Source: Zootoca vivipara
Taxonomy: Eukaryota
Length of the DNA: 64,000 nt
Assembly: GCF_963506605.1 (NCBI RefSeq)
Contig: NC_083291.1
Location: 36,084,001 to 36,148,000 of the forward strand
Direction: 5' to 3'
A program made the position numbers and the translations under genes. This document shows, one piece after another, positions 35,839 to 48,510 of this stretch (position 1 is the first letter of the stretch; every line of letters begins with the position of its first letter). The notes under the pieces were generated by a model that had not been told where the DNA came from, did not search any database, and saw only the letters and a list, made by a program, of their open reading frames with translations.

Positions 35839-36042
35839 ATCTTAAGCCAAACAGGGCTCTGAAGGCTACACTTTGAATTGTACTCAGAAGCAGTCCAGCA
35901 ACTGCAGTATAAATTTAGCTGGCGCAAAGAGTGTGGTTTTATTTATGTGGCAAATGGCTGAAAAGCTAGATAAAAGTTGGCAACTTCCCATTGATGGCCC
36001 TCTTTGTTGGTTTTCCAAACTGGTGCACGGCTGACTCTTGAA

Positions 36043-37011
36043 TCATCTCATATCCTCTATGCCTCTTGTCCTCTGAAACCAAAGCCTTAGTAGCCTTCTC
36101 ATTGCCTCGTGCATCTCAGTGTTCCTCAGGCTATATATGAAAGGATTGAGCATCGGCGTCACCACCGTATAGAATATAGATGCCACTTTCAATCTGGAGC
36201 CAGAGTAGGTGGACGAGGGGCGGATGTAGGTGCCCATCAGGCTGCCATAGAATATGGCCACAGTGGTGAGGTGGGTGCTGCAGGTGGAGAAGGCCTTATA
36301 CTTCCCCGAAGCTGATGGAACCTTCAAAACCACCGATAAAATGAAGAGGTAGGAGAGGAGAATGAGTGTGAGAGGTCCAAGCATTGTTGCGGTGCCTTCA
36401 ATCATGAGCAGTGTTTCAGCTGATGAGGTGTCTGAGCAGGAGAGCTTGAGCAAAGGGTGCATGTCGCAGAAGAAATGGGGGATTTCCCGGGAGCCACAGA
36501 AGGAAAGTTTAGAGATGGTAGATACATACAGTATCCCTTGGGAAAAAGACAGGAGCCAAGACCCAGAAGCCAACAGCAGGCAGCGCTTGTAGCTCATGAT
36601 TGTCGTGTAGTGTAGCGGGTGGCAGACGGCCACGTAGCGGTCGTATGCCATGGAGGCCAAGAGGAAGTTATCTGTGGTGCAAAAGACCACAAAGAAATAC
36701 AGCTGGGCCAGGCAGCCGTTGTAGGAGATGGTGTTTGATTGAGAAACCAAGATGTGCAGCATCTTGGGCACAGCGTTGGAGCTGAATCCTAGGTCAGCCA
36801 AGGACAGGTGGCTGAGGAAGAAGTACATGGGGGCGTAGAAGAGAGAGCTGTTGGAGGAAATCAGGAAGATGATCAAGAGGTTCCCCAGAAGGCTAACGAG
36901 GTACATAGAGAGGAAGATGGGGAAGAGGAGCCCCCCGAATTCTGGCGCAGAGGAGAGGCCCAGGAGGATGAATCCAGCAACGCTGGTTTGGTTGTCTTGT
37001 CCTGTTTCCAT
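36043..37011 (-). CDS. Olfactory receptor, class II (family 1-like), 322 aa, intact
   Basis: PMYFFLSHLS, MAYDRYVAVCHPLHY, KAFSTCSTHL, PMLNPFIYSLRN; NQT sequon; acceptor 7 nt upstream; candidate upstream donor AAG|GTGAGT at 39859/39858. Confidence 0.97.
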   Translation of the reverse strand: METGQDNQTSVAGFILLGLSSAPEFGGLLFPIFLSMYLVSLLGNLLIIFLISSNSSLFYAPMYFFLSHLSLADLGFSSNAVPKMLHILVSQSNTISYNGCLAQLYFFVVFCTTDNFLLASMAYDRYVAVCHPLHYTTIMSYKRCLLLASGSWLLSFSQGILYVSTISKLSFCGSREIPHFFCDMHPLLKLSCSDTSSAETLLMIEGTATMLGPLTLILLSYLFILSVVLKVPSASGKYKAFSTCSTHLTTVAIFYGSLMGTYIRPSSTYSGSRLKVASIFYTVVTPMLNPFIYSLRNTEMHEAMRRLLRLWFQRTRGIEDMR

Positions 37012-37701
37012 GGCTCTGCTGAGAATGGGAATAAAAGAAAGGGAATCACGTTTTTGTTTACACCCAGGTTCTGTACTTCAGCGTATGCAATAATAAAATA
37101 AATAAATCTAGTTTCCAAGGTGACAGATGCGGGGACAGGGAAGGAGAAACAGTGACCATCATAATATAACCAAGCAGAGAAACTGGGCTTCCTCTCTACC
37201 TTGGTGCCCTTTGGAATAATTATGGCCTTTCAAACAGGGAGGGTCTTGCTTTTGTTTATTACTGTGTTGTGTGTTTTTGTGTTTCTATACTGTAAACTAC
37301 CCTGTGATCCTTGGATGAAGGGAGGAACAGAAATTTAATAAATGTATAAAAGAATAGGCTGGCTTTATTCAAGATGTGCTGGTTTTGCACTGACTCCCTA
37401 ACTATGTACCTTGTGGTCCTTACTCACAAGAATTCCAATGCTACAATCCTGTACCCGCTTACCTGGGAGTAAACGCCATTAAATACAAAGAGCCTTACTT
37501 CTGAATAGGCATGCAGACCATTGTACTGTAGGGACTCGGCTGTACAGCTGCAAATAAACGTTTTAAGTGCGTTTTAAGTACAACATACAATGTGACGCTA
37601 GATGGCGATGGTGAGCCTTATGGAAAATTCAATGTACTGTATTTTTAAAAACGCTTAAAGACACATTTTCAAAGCAGTTTTTATATTTGTCTAGATTCCA
37701 C

Positions 37702-37952
37702 TTTCCTGCCAACCTAGCAGTTCAAAAGCACAAAGTGCAAGTGGATAAATAGGTACCACTCTGGCGGGAAGGTAAACGGCGTTTCTGTGCGCTGCTCTGG
37801 CTCACCAGAAGCGGCTTTGTCCTGCTGGCCACATGACCCAGAAGCTGTCTGTGGACAAATGTCGGCTCCCTCGGCCTATAGAGCGAGATGAGCGCCGCAA
37901 CCCTAGAGTCGTTTGTGACTGGACCTAACGGTCAGGGGTACCTTTATCTTCT
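37702..37952 (+). mobile_element. Sauria SINE, 5'-truncated
   Basis: SINE 3' body; TSD TAGATTCCAC. Confidence 0.85.
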
Positions 37953-38040
37953 TAGATTCCACCTAGGTTAATTATAGACTGAATTCTTAATGACTGCTTG
38001 GATTTCAGCTTCTTATTATGTCGTAGCATTTGCAGACAAT

Positions 38041-38215
38041 CAGGGCCGTCTTAACCATGCCGGGCGCCCGGGCACCGTGGTGCGGAGATCGCTCCGGCGC
38101 CCCCGCTCCGCCCCGTTTCTTGCCGTGGCTGGTGGGTGGGCGCAGGGCGCAGCATGGCTTCCGGGCGGCGCCCTGGCGCCCTGCGCCACCCAGCCTACCC
38201 CTAGAGCCGGCCCTG
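38041..38215. mobile_element. hAT (Tip100-like) MITE, CpG-rich
   Basis: TIR CAGGGCCG/CGGCCCTG; perfect 8-bp TSD CAGACAAT. Confidence 0.9.
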
Positions 38216-38329
38216 CAGACAATACAGTAGTATGTAGGGAGTGCCTTCTCTCATATTAAACTACCAGAGGAAAGATAAGTCTTGGTTGTTAGGAAGAAAG
38301 GGAGGGGGAAGTGGGGAAGTTAGTAGGTC

Positions 38330-38466
38330 NNNNNNNNNNNNNNNNNNNNNNNNNNNNNNNNNNNNNNNNNNNNNNNNNNNNNNNNNNNNNNNNNNNNNNN
38401 NNNNNNNNNNNNNNNNNNNNNNNNNNNNNNNNNNNNNNNNNNNNNNNNNNNNNNNNNNNNNNNNNN
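38330..38466. other. Assembly gap
   Basis: Run of N. Confidence 1.
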
Positions 38467-38931
38467 GGAAGGAGCAGCTCTTTAGAATACCAGAGATTTC
38501 TCTAGTCTGGTGTCCAAATAGCTGAATCATCAATCACAGTCCTGATTTCACTCGTGGCTAAAAAATACTGAAAGTTGGCCTCTCTCCTGCCCCCCCTTTT
38601 ATATGCATCCCTTTACATTTACTTACTGAACTGCATTTGCCACTTCATTGCTCATCTGCCAGTTAGCCTCCCTGAGTTTAAAAATGGAATTCATTATTTC
38701 CCTCTGCACTCACCCAAAATAATTGTTGTTTCCTGCAAACAATGCTGCTGGGGTCAAATAGCACCGGGGAGATTAATGTTGGGGAAATAGTGTGGAACTG
38801 AATCCAGATCAGAAACACTTTCTGGTTTAGGCTCCGTGCAGCTGCTCCCCCACCCACCCACCCCGCCTTTTTTCAAAATAAAAATGGCCAGATAATGAAC
38901 ACATATTTAAAAGAATAAATAATATCTAATT

Positions 38932-39264
38932 TGACTGCAAGAAGATCAAACCTATCCATTCTGAAGGAAATCAGCCCTGAGTGCTCATTGGAAGGACAGA
39001 TCCTGAAGCTGAGGCTCCAATACTTTGGCCACCTCATGAGAAGAGAAGACTCCCTGGAAAAGACCCTGATGTTGGGAAAGATGGAGGGCACTAGGAGAAG
39101 GGGACAACAGAGAACGAGATGGTTGGACAGTGTTCTTGAAGCTACGAACATGAGTTTGACCAAACTGCGGTAGGCAGTGGAAGACAGGAGTGCCTGGTGT
39201 GCTCTGGTCCATGGGGTCATGAAGAGTCGGACATGACTAAACGACTAAACAACAACAACAACAA
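38932..39264 (+). mobile_element. BovB LINE 3' fragment
   Basis: TARRSNLSILKEISPECSLEG...RWLD; (CAA)n tail. Confidence 0.9.
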
Positions 39265-39269
39265 TTTGT

Positions 39270-39516
39270 CCCAGAGACAACGGCAAAATTACATTCAGAG
39301 GGATACCAGGGCAGAGGGCCTTCTCGGTAGTGGCACCCCGCCCTGTGGAACGCCCTCCCACCAGATGTCAAAAAGAAAAACAACTACCAGACTTTTAGAG
39401 GACATCTGAAGGCAGCCCCGTTTAGGGAAGCTTTTAATCTTTAAGAAATTAGTGTATTTTAAGCCGCCCAGAGGGGCTGGGGAAACCTAGCCAAATGGGC
39501 AGGGTATCAATCAAAA

Positions 39517-39565
<49 letters not shown>
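39270..39565 (+). mobile_element. L2-clade LINE 3' end with (ATT)n tail
   Basis: RAFSVVAP.LWNALP-type end; same family as 41640 and 54895. Confidence 0.7.
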
Positions 39566-39566
<1 letters not shown>

Positions 39567-41011
39567 CATCTTGAAAAGGCATTAATGAAAAATCGCAGCA
39601 GTTTCTAAAATAAGGTTCCTGCTTCTATCCTGTTCCTTTTGGAGCTGTATAGCAGGGATGGCGAGCCTGTGGCTCTCCAGATGTTGTTAGACGTCATCTC
39701 CCATTAGCCCCAGACAGTATACCCAAGCATGAGAGATGATGGCAGCCCAGAAACATCTGGAGGACCACAGTCACCAACACTGCTGTATCGGGTCAACTGT
39801 GCAACATCAATCAACACCCTGGAAACAACAGAATATTACCTACAAGGTTCAGACTCACCTTGTTGAATCTTGGTAATTTGACAAAGGGATAGACCCCGGA
39901 TGGTAATGACGATGATGATAAAATGTTTTCTGCTTTCCTATATGGAGGGAAAGCAATTGGAGATTGCACAACTAACTTGAGGCGGCAATCGGCCTAAAAC
40001 ATTTCAATGTGAAATTAATGAACCAATGGAAAGCAGGAATTCCAGTGAGAAAATAAGTCAGAGAACAGAGGAGATATGCAATCAACTGTCGGGTATAGGG
40101 GGGATCCACTTCCTTATTTACTGAAGGTCATGCCAAATGGCAATGAAGACCCCAGCTATGCTTGCAAAGTTGAAAGGGCAAGAACGACTTGCATACCTGG
40201 ACATTGGTTTCGCTGAAGTAAATAAACTGAAGCAGTAGCACAGAAGAGCATATAAACGTATCAAACTGGAGAGGATTTCAATGGTGTGGGCTTTGGTTGC
40301 CAAGGACAAAAGCAGCAGGAGAGCATATCTCCACAGGGAAGTTGTTAATCAAAATTAGAGCAAAGCACTGCAGGTTCTGTGGTATGAAATTTCCAAGTCC
40401 CTCCATACAGTCAACAGGAGATTTTCCAACCCAACTTTTACTCCCTTTTCCACTTTAGTGAAAGATCACTTATGACACAGGTCCTCAACCTTTGGGGGCC
40501 TTGGAGCACACCTGGAAATCTAAGAAACTCTTATGGGCACCAGAAAAATACCCTTTTCACAGAAGAGAAATTGGCAAGTCTCAGAAGAACAGCCCCCTCC
40601 AAACAGGCAAATTACCCTCCAAAACGAACACCAAGAAATAAATAACAGAAAACATCCTCCCACGAAAAAAACCCAGACAAGGCTCCCATAGAATTGTGTT
40701 ATATTATTTGTGGCTTGTACGAGTCCGCTGTTTTATTTGATTTATTTTGTTGTGTTGTGTTTTATGATGGGCGTAAAGCCGAATAAACATCCTGATTGAT
40801 TGATTGGCTCCCATAGCAAATAACTCCCATCCAAAAAAACCTCAATTAATTTTTAAAAATCATGGTAGGGGCATGGGGCCTTGTTGTGAAGGTACTATGA
40901 TGCCCACAGCCACATTGGGGACCCCAGACATACGCCATATCTAAGGATGAGCTTTCAGAGGAAATTTCAGAAAATAATACAATGCATGATCTTCAAACGC
41001 ACTATTTCAGT

Positions 41012-41607
41012 CATCTTTACAACAAACCGATAAGTAGGTCAGTTGTGTGTTTTTTTATTATTATTGCCGTGTTGCAGATCAGGGACTGAGACAAAGACTA
41101 GTCATGCACATTCCAATTTTTGCCTATCAGATAAATTTGTTTGTGAAATGTTTTCTTCAGTTTGGGGCTGGTGTGTTTTACCAACATGGAGGGTATTGGG
41201 TGGTGAGCTATGTGAAACCTCTACTTAATCCATAAGGCTTGACAGGGTATAGAACTGATGGACAAGGTGGAAGTACTGGGAACCTTGGGAGGAAGTCAGC
41301 TTGCTGTTGATACCAGGAAAGGTCCTAGATAGAACAAATAATGAAACAGTTGGTCTGTGAGCACTTAGAAAAAGATGCAGGGATGACTAAGATTCGACAT
41401 AGGTTTCTCAAAAACAAATCATGGTACATGAATCTCATTTCTTCTTCTTTTTGATAGTGCTGCAGGATTGTCGGAATGCTGTTGACATAATGTACCTTGA
41501 TTTCAGTAAGGCTGAAATTTCTGTGCAAAATAACAATAAAAAACAGGGAAAATTGGTACGACAGGCTATAAGAAAGTATTATATAATATAAAAAGAATAA
41601 AGTAATA

Positions 41608-41649
<42 letters not shown>

Positions 41650-41952
41650 CTGGGCGGCTTCCAACAAAACATTAAAATACAGAAATCCATCAAACATTAA
41701 AAGCTTCCCTAAACAGGGCTGCCTTAAGATGTCTTCTAAAGGTCTGGTAATCGTTGTTCTCTTTGACCTCTGGTGGGAGGGCGTTCCACAGGGTGGGTGC
41801 CACTACTGAGAAGGCCCTCTGCCTGGTTCCCTGTAACTTGGCTTCTCGTAGCGAGGGAACCGCCAGAAGGCCCTTGGCACTGGACCTCAGTGTCCGGGCA
41901 GAACGATGGGGGTGGAGGCGCTCCTTCAGGTATACTGGACCGAGGCCGTTTA
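41012..41952 (+). repeat. Direct duplication, copy 1
   Basis: Matches 42968-43935 (SINE remnant, CR1 fragment, L2 3' end). Confidence 0.9.
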
Positions 41953-42966
41953 GGGCTTTAAAGGTCAACACCAACACTTTGAATTGTGCTCGGAAATGTA
42001 CTGGGAGCCAATGTAGGTCTTTCATTATTATTTTTATAATATTTTTTATTAGAATTTTCCAAAATATAAAAATAGGTAAACACAAAAAGAAAAAACTGTA
42101 ACAATAACACTATACAAAAAAGATAAAAAGATAAAAAAAAGAAGAAAAGAAAACACACAATTAAAGATACTTGTTCCTTTGTATGTTCACATTGTATATA
42201 GGGACCCCCTCGGGTTCCCTTCCCCTGTGGTTCATTAGCACGTTTATACTTTAGCAAATTCTAAACCATTTAATCACCTTGTATAATCTTATTTTACTCC
42301 TTTCATTTAACATATTCATAAGTTCCACAGTTTATTTACAACCTAATTCTGATCTTGATATATCACTTTTGCATATTTTTTAAAATATAGCTTAAAGTCT
42401 TTCCATTCTTCTTCTGTCACTTCCTCTCCCCGGTTGCGGATTCTTCCGGTCATCTCAGCCAGTTCCATAAACTCCATCATCTTCATCTGCCAGTCGTCGA
42501 TCATTGGTAGTACATGTGATTTCCAGTTCTTGGCGATTAGAATTCTTGCCGCCGTCGTAGCATACATGATGTAGCATCATGTATGCAATGTAGGTCTTTC
42601 AGGACCGGTGTTATGTGGTCTCGGCGGCCGCTCCCAGTCACTAGTCTAGCTGCCGCATTCTGGGTTAGCTGTAGTTTCTGGGTCACCTTCAAAGGTAGCC
42701 CCACGTAGAGCGCATTGCAGTAGTCCAAGCGGGAGATAACTAGAGCATGCAGCACTCTAGCGAGACAGTCTGCGGGCAGGTAGGGTCTCAGCCTGCGTAC
42801 CAGATGGAGCTGATAAACAGCTGCCCTGGACACAGAATTGACCTGCGCCTCCATGGACAGCTGTGAGTCCAAAATGACTCCCAGGCTGCGCACCTGGTCC
42901 TTCAGGGGCACAGTTACCCCATTCAGGACCAGGGAGTCCTCCACACCTGCCCGCCTCCTGTCCCCC
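41607..42966 (-). mobile_element. L2-clade LINE 3' part interrupted by an L1 fragment
   Basis: SRLDYCNALYVGLP, LHWLPV, RAFSVVAPTLWNALP; L1 3' fragment 42025-42585 flanked by 16-bp TSD CAATGTAGGTCTTTCA. Confidence 0.88.
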
Positions 42967-42967
42967 A

Positions 42968-43552
42968 CATCTTTACAACAAACCTATAAGTAGGTCAGTT
43001 GTTTTTTTTTTATTATTCCTGTGTTGCAGATCAGGGACTGAGACAAAGACTAGTCATGCCCATTCCAATTTTTGCCTATCAGGTAAATTTGTTTGTGAAA
43101 TGTTTTCTTCAGTTTGGGGTTGGTGTGTTTTACCAACATGGAGGGTATTGGGTGGTGAGCTATGTGAAACCACTACTTAATCCATAAGGCTTGACAGGGT
43201 ATAGAACTGATGGACAAGGTGGAAGTACTGGGAACCTTGGGAGGAAGTCAGCTTGCTGTTGATACCAGGAAAGGTCCTAGAACAAATAATGAAACAGCTG
43301 GTCTGTGAGCACTTAGAAAAAGATGCAGTGGTTACTAAGATTCAACATAGGTTTCTCAAAAACAAATCATGGTACATGAATCTCATTTCTTCTTCTTTTT
43401 GATAGTGCTGCAGGGTTGTCGGAATGCTGTTGACATAATGTACCTTGATTTCAGTAAGGCTGAAATTTCTGTGCAAAATAACAATAAAAAATAAGGAAAA
43501 TTGGTACGACAGGCTATAAGAAAGTATTAGATAATATAAAAAGAATAAAGTA

Positions 43553-43591
<39 letters not shown>

Positions 43592-43935
43592 TTATTTATA
43601 CCCCGCCCATCTGGCCGGGTTCCCCCAGCCACTCTGGGCGGCTTCCAACAAAACATTAAAATACAGAAATCCATCAAACATTAAAAGCTTCCCTAAACAG
43701 GGCTGCCTTAAGATGCCTTCTAAAGGTCTGGTAATTGTTGTTTTCTTTGACCTCTGGTGGGAGGGCGTTCCACAGGGTGGGTGCCACTACCGAGAAGGCC
43801 CTCTGCCTGGATCCCTGTAACTTAGCTTCTCGTAGCGAGGGAACCGCCAGAAGGCTCTTGGCACTGGACCTCAGTGTCCGGGCAGAACGATGGGGGAGGA
43901 GATGCTCCTTCAGGTATACTGGACCGAGGCCGTTT
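42968..43935 (+). repeat. Direct duplication, copy 2
   Basis: Matches 41012-41952. Confidence 0.9.
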
Positions 43936-44917
43936 ATAAGTACATTCGATAACAGAAATGGTAAATACATTGGGAGCTGACAGGAAGTCTTTTGTATTGT
44001 AGTAAGAATGTATGATGAAACGGATTGTATAGGATTGAATTAATTTTTATTTGTATATTCAATACACAAGATTTGTTTTTGTTATTAATCAATTTCAATA
44101 AAGCATTAAAAAAAATGATATGCTTGTGGATTTTGTAGCTGATTGACTGACTGAACCCAAAGAATACTCATTCATGGTTTCTCGTCATCCTGGAAAAAAA
44201 TGGCAAGTGGGATGCCCCAGGATTCTGTCCTGGTCCTGTTGTCTTTATCAATGACTTGGATGAAGGAATTGAGGGGATGCTCATCACATTTGCAGGTGAC
44301 ACCAAACTACCAGAAGGAGGGGTAGCTAATGCTGCAGAAGACAGAATCAGGATTCAAGATGGCCTTAACAGTTTTGAAAAATGTAAGGTTCTACACTTAG
44401 GTGGGAATAACCAGCTGCACAATTATAAGATTTGGACATATAAGGACACCTGGCATGTGTCTAACTCTGGCTTGTGTGCCAACTTTCCTTTTATGTTTTG
44501 GTCATGTGCAAATTGAATAAGCACCTCCTCTCCCCAGGTGCAGACACAAGAGCTATCCAGAATCACATCTGATCAGCCTGAACAACTGAGGTCCAGCTCC
44601 GAGGGCCTTCTGGTGGTTCCCTCATTGTGAGAAGTGAGGTTACAGGGAATCTGGCAGAGGGCCTTCTGGGTAGTGGCGCCCACCCTGTGGAACTCCTGTC
44701 AGATGTCAAAAAGATAAATAATTATACAACCTTCCATAGACATCAGAAGGCAGCCTTGTATTGGAAGCGTTTAATGTGTGATGTTCTGATATTCAAAACT
44801 TGCTACACACACTCCAGGTGGCAAGATGTTCACACTAGGGCTGGCCCACCCATGAAGCAAGGTGATGTGATTGCCTCAGGCAGCAGGATCCATGGGGCAG
44901 CAGATCTGGTCTCCAAT

Positions 44918-45493
44918 TGTAGCCTTATTAGCTTCCAAGGGTCCTTTAGTTGCGCCCAGGCAGGACAGAGACAGTCAATAATGACACCGGTGGTTGAATT
45001 CAGAGAAAGAATTTAATCCTTATATTTAAGGGACTCTCGGTGATCCATGTTTCACGACAAGAGTAGAGTAACACAAATTTGCAAAGCTTCTTATATACTT
45101 CTTGGGCTCCTTCCCCCTCCTCTGTAAATGTGCGCACGCAAGGGGGTCACAAGTACATATAAGGAAGATCCGTGTCCGGTCCTGTGCATAAACACATGCT
45201 GACTCAGCCTTGAGTAAGACTATGCGTCAAGCATAGCAGCTTCCAGCGTCAAGCTTATCCACTGATAAGGCTTTCTCTGTGTTCCACACAAGGTCAGCTT
45301 ATTCGGCCTTGATAGGAAGCTGTCTCACTTACATTACACTTTGACACACAGAGAGAGGCAAAGAAAAAGCATTTTAAGCAAGGCATCCCAGGGAAAGGCG
45401 GAGGGTGGGGCTAAGCCACACAATCAGAATTATACAATGCAACTATATGATCAGATTTAGCTCAATAATACAATTAGCAAACCCCTCCCTTCA
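44918..45493 (-). mobile_element. Solo LTR, 576 bp, ERV1-like, right arm only
   Basis: Minus strand TGAAGG...GGCTACA, 4-bp TSD CAAT, TATATAA and ATTAAA on the minus strand; empty site at ~33465. Confidence 0.85.
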
Positions 45494-46477
45494 CAATGAA
45501 TGAACTGGCCACTGCTGCTCCTTCCTGATTTAGATCTTCACTCATTCCTTCTTCCCCAGAGGGGGACACCATTTTGTGGTTCACTTCACGTGCCCAAAGG
45601 TCTTGCACTGGCCATGGCTCACGCATTACAAATATTTTAATTGTGCAACTCTGAGAGGATTGGAAACTTTTCTGTGGAGTCACTGCATGCATCCATTTAA
45701 AATGGTTGTATACCTTTACCCTTTTGCCCAACAAAGACTCTGCACACCAGGAAATAGAGGAAGATTGGTTTATTACACACAAATGAAAACAGTGCCCAGC
45801 AATGCAAGGAGGGAGCTGAAGAACAAAATAGGAAAAGGTAAGGGAACATCTAGCTACTTTAAATGAATTCAAATCTCCAGGGAATGATGAGCTGCACCAA
45901 GGGTCCTAGAAGGAGCTCGAGGATGTAATCTCAGAACCTCTCTCTATAATCTTTGAGAATTCTTGGAGAGCAAGTGAGGTCCCTGCGGTGTGGAGGCGAG
46001 CAATTTTTGTCCCCATCTTCAAAGGGAGATGGGAGGAAGACCAGTCAGCTTGACATTGATACCAGAAAAGGTCCTAGAACAAATAATTACTTGATCGGTG
46101 TGAGCATTTAGAAAAGGATGCTGTGATTACTAAGACCCAGCATGGCTTTCTCAAAAACAAGTCATGCCAGACAAATCTCATTATTATTTTTTATAGCGTT
46201 GTAAGTGGATCAGGGGAATGCTGTGGATGTAGAGAGTCTTGATTTCAGTAAGGCTTTTTGACAGAAGTCCTCCATGAGAGGAGATATGATAGTCATCTTC
46301 AAATACCTAAAAAGCTATCACATGGAAGATGGAGCAAGATTGTACTCCAGAGGGTACAATCTGAACCAATGGCTTCAAGTTACAAGAGATTCCAGCTAAA
46401 CATATGGAAAAACTTTCTGAAGACAGTGGAACGATCTTCCTCGGTCCTGGGTGGCCTCTCCTTCTTTGGAGGTTCTT

Positions 46478-46763
46478 CCTATAGATAAATTTTATTGTTT
46501 AAAAGCACGATGAATAAAAACACAAATATACATCAGAAAAATACAAAAAGTTACAAATACAGGAAAAAAGAGGGGGGGGGAGAAAAAAGCTAGAAAGCCT
46601 AATCTTAAAAAAAAAAACATTCCTGTTCGTAGGAACCTGTGAAAGACAAGATAGATAAAAATGTATAACAAAAGGGATGGGAAGTATCTGTGTACAAAGG
46701 TAATGAGTGTATATATTCTGTATCTTTTCCTTTTTTCTAGAGGATAGATTTGGTTGGAATGTT
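46478..46763 (-). mobile_element. LINE (L1-like) 3' UTR fragment, right arm only
   Basis: 16-bp TSD TTCTTTGGAGGTTCTT; AATAAA on the minus strand; absent at ~32085. Confidence 0.7.
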
Positions 46764-46791
46764 TTCTTTGGAGGTTCTTAAGCAGAGGTTA

Positions 46792-47158
46792 GGGACCCAG
46801 GTGGCACTGTGGGTTAAACCACAGAGTCTAGGGCTTGCTGATCAGAAGGTTGGCGGTTTGAATCCCTGCAACGGGGTGAGCTCCCGTTGCTCGGTCCCAG
46901 CTCCTGCCAACCTAGCAGTTCGAAAGCACATCAAAGTGCAAGTAGATAAATAGGGACCGCTCCGGTGGGAAGGTAAACTGCGTTTCCGTGTGCTGCTCTG
47001 GTTCGCCAGAAGCAGCTTTGTCATGCCGGCTACATGACCCGGAAGCTGTCTGCAGACAAACGCCGGCTCCCTCGGCCTATAGAGCGAGATGAGTGCCGCA
47101 ACCCCAGAGTCGGACACGACTGGACCTGATGGTCAGGGGCCCCTTTACGTTTACCTTT
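46792..47158 (+). mobile_element. Sauria SINE, full length, right arm only
   Basis: TSD AAGCAGAGGTTA; absent at ~32070. Confidence 0.92.
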
Positions 47159-48510
47159 AAGCAGAGGTTAGATAGCCATCTGCCATGAATGCTTTAGTTG
47201 AGATTCCTGCATTGCAAGGGGTTGAACTAGATGACCCTTAGGGTCCCTTCCAACTCTACATTTCAGCAATTCTATGATTCTAAATGGGTGCTGTCTTGGG
47301 CAGCAAGATTACACACATACAAAGCCGTCCTTCCTATTGGGCTTACTGGCGCATTGCGCCAGGGCACTGGCCTCTCAGGGGCGCTCCAGCGAGTGGGGGA
47401 GCCTGCTCGGCTCCCCTTTCCTTCCTGCATGCCCACCAGCTGTGCCCCATCAACCATATGGCTGGCGGGCATGCAGCTTGCCTCCCAAGCCTCTGCGGGA
47501 GGAGAGCTATCCCTGCAGAGGCTTAGGATGGAAGCTGCGCCCTGCCAACTATATGGCTGGCGGGTGTGCAGCTTCCTTCCCAAGCCTCCAAGGGAGGAGA
47601 ACAATCCCCGCAGAGGCTTGGGAAAAGGTCAACCACTGTGAGAAATGGGGGGAGGGCGCCGGAGGGATCTTTGCACCACGGCGCCGGATATGCTTAAGAC
47701 GGCCTTGCACATATATGGGCAGCAATGCAATCATTAAGTCGGTGTTTCTCAAACTTGGGTCTCCAGCTGTTGTTGAACTAGAATTCCCATCACCACTGAC
47801 CACTGGTCCTGCTAGCTAGGGGTGATGGGAGTTGTAGTTCAACAGTAGCTGAGAACCCAAGTTTGAGAAACACTGCATTAAGCACATATACAGTATACAA
47901 CTTATATCTAAAGAGTAACATAAGTCCCCAGTGAACCAAAAAAAGCCCTAAAGCGTGGGTGTAACAATATGCCACAGACACATGCTAAAAAAAGAGAGAA
48001 CAAGGGAGATGGTTAGTTTGAATGCAACTATACCCTATAGAGAGGGCGGAGGCTTCCTGTGTGAGTGAATAATGCAAAGACCATTTGGTTGCCTATACTA
48101 GTCCTAAATCATAAATCTACTCTTGGAAGATTTAATTATATTTGAAGTCTGGTTATTACTTACAGGGGAGTGATAGTTAATATAAGGGACATATATGATT
48201 ATGATGCTGATCTTTACTGTATGTATTAGGGTTAAGAAAATATTTGCTTATGGTAGTTATGCTCTGGTCCATGAAGAGTCGGACACAACTAAATGACTAA
48301 ACAACAACAACAAAAGCTCAGCTAATCCTAGCACATGCAGGCCCCAAATACCTGAAAGACAGATTGCAGTCCGTTTCCCCATTACAGATACCCATCATTT
48401 TGGCCAAAGTTTAAAACAGACCCGAAAGCGGACACACCATCTGTGTGCTCTAGTGTCCAAGTGATGTTGGCTCCCACTCCTGCTACTATAAGATGTGACA
48501 GCTAAAGACA

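Noticed and set aside
47231-47819. Overlapping GC-rich ORFs of 110-181 aa (mirrored at 31513-32006)
   Set aside because: Span a CR1 end, a repeat-containing TE remnant and a MITE; frames differ between arms
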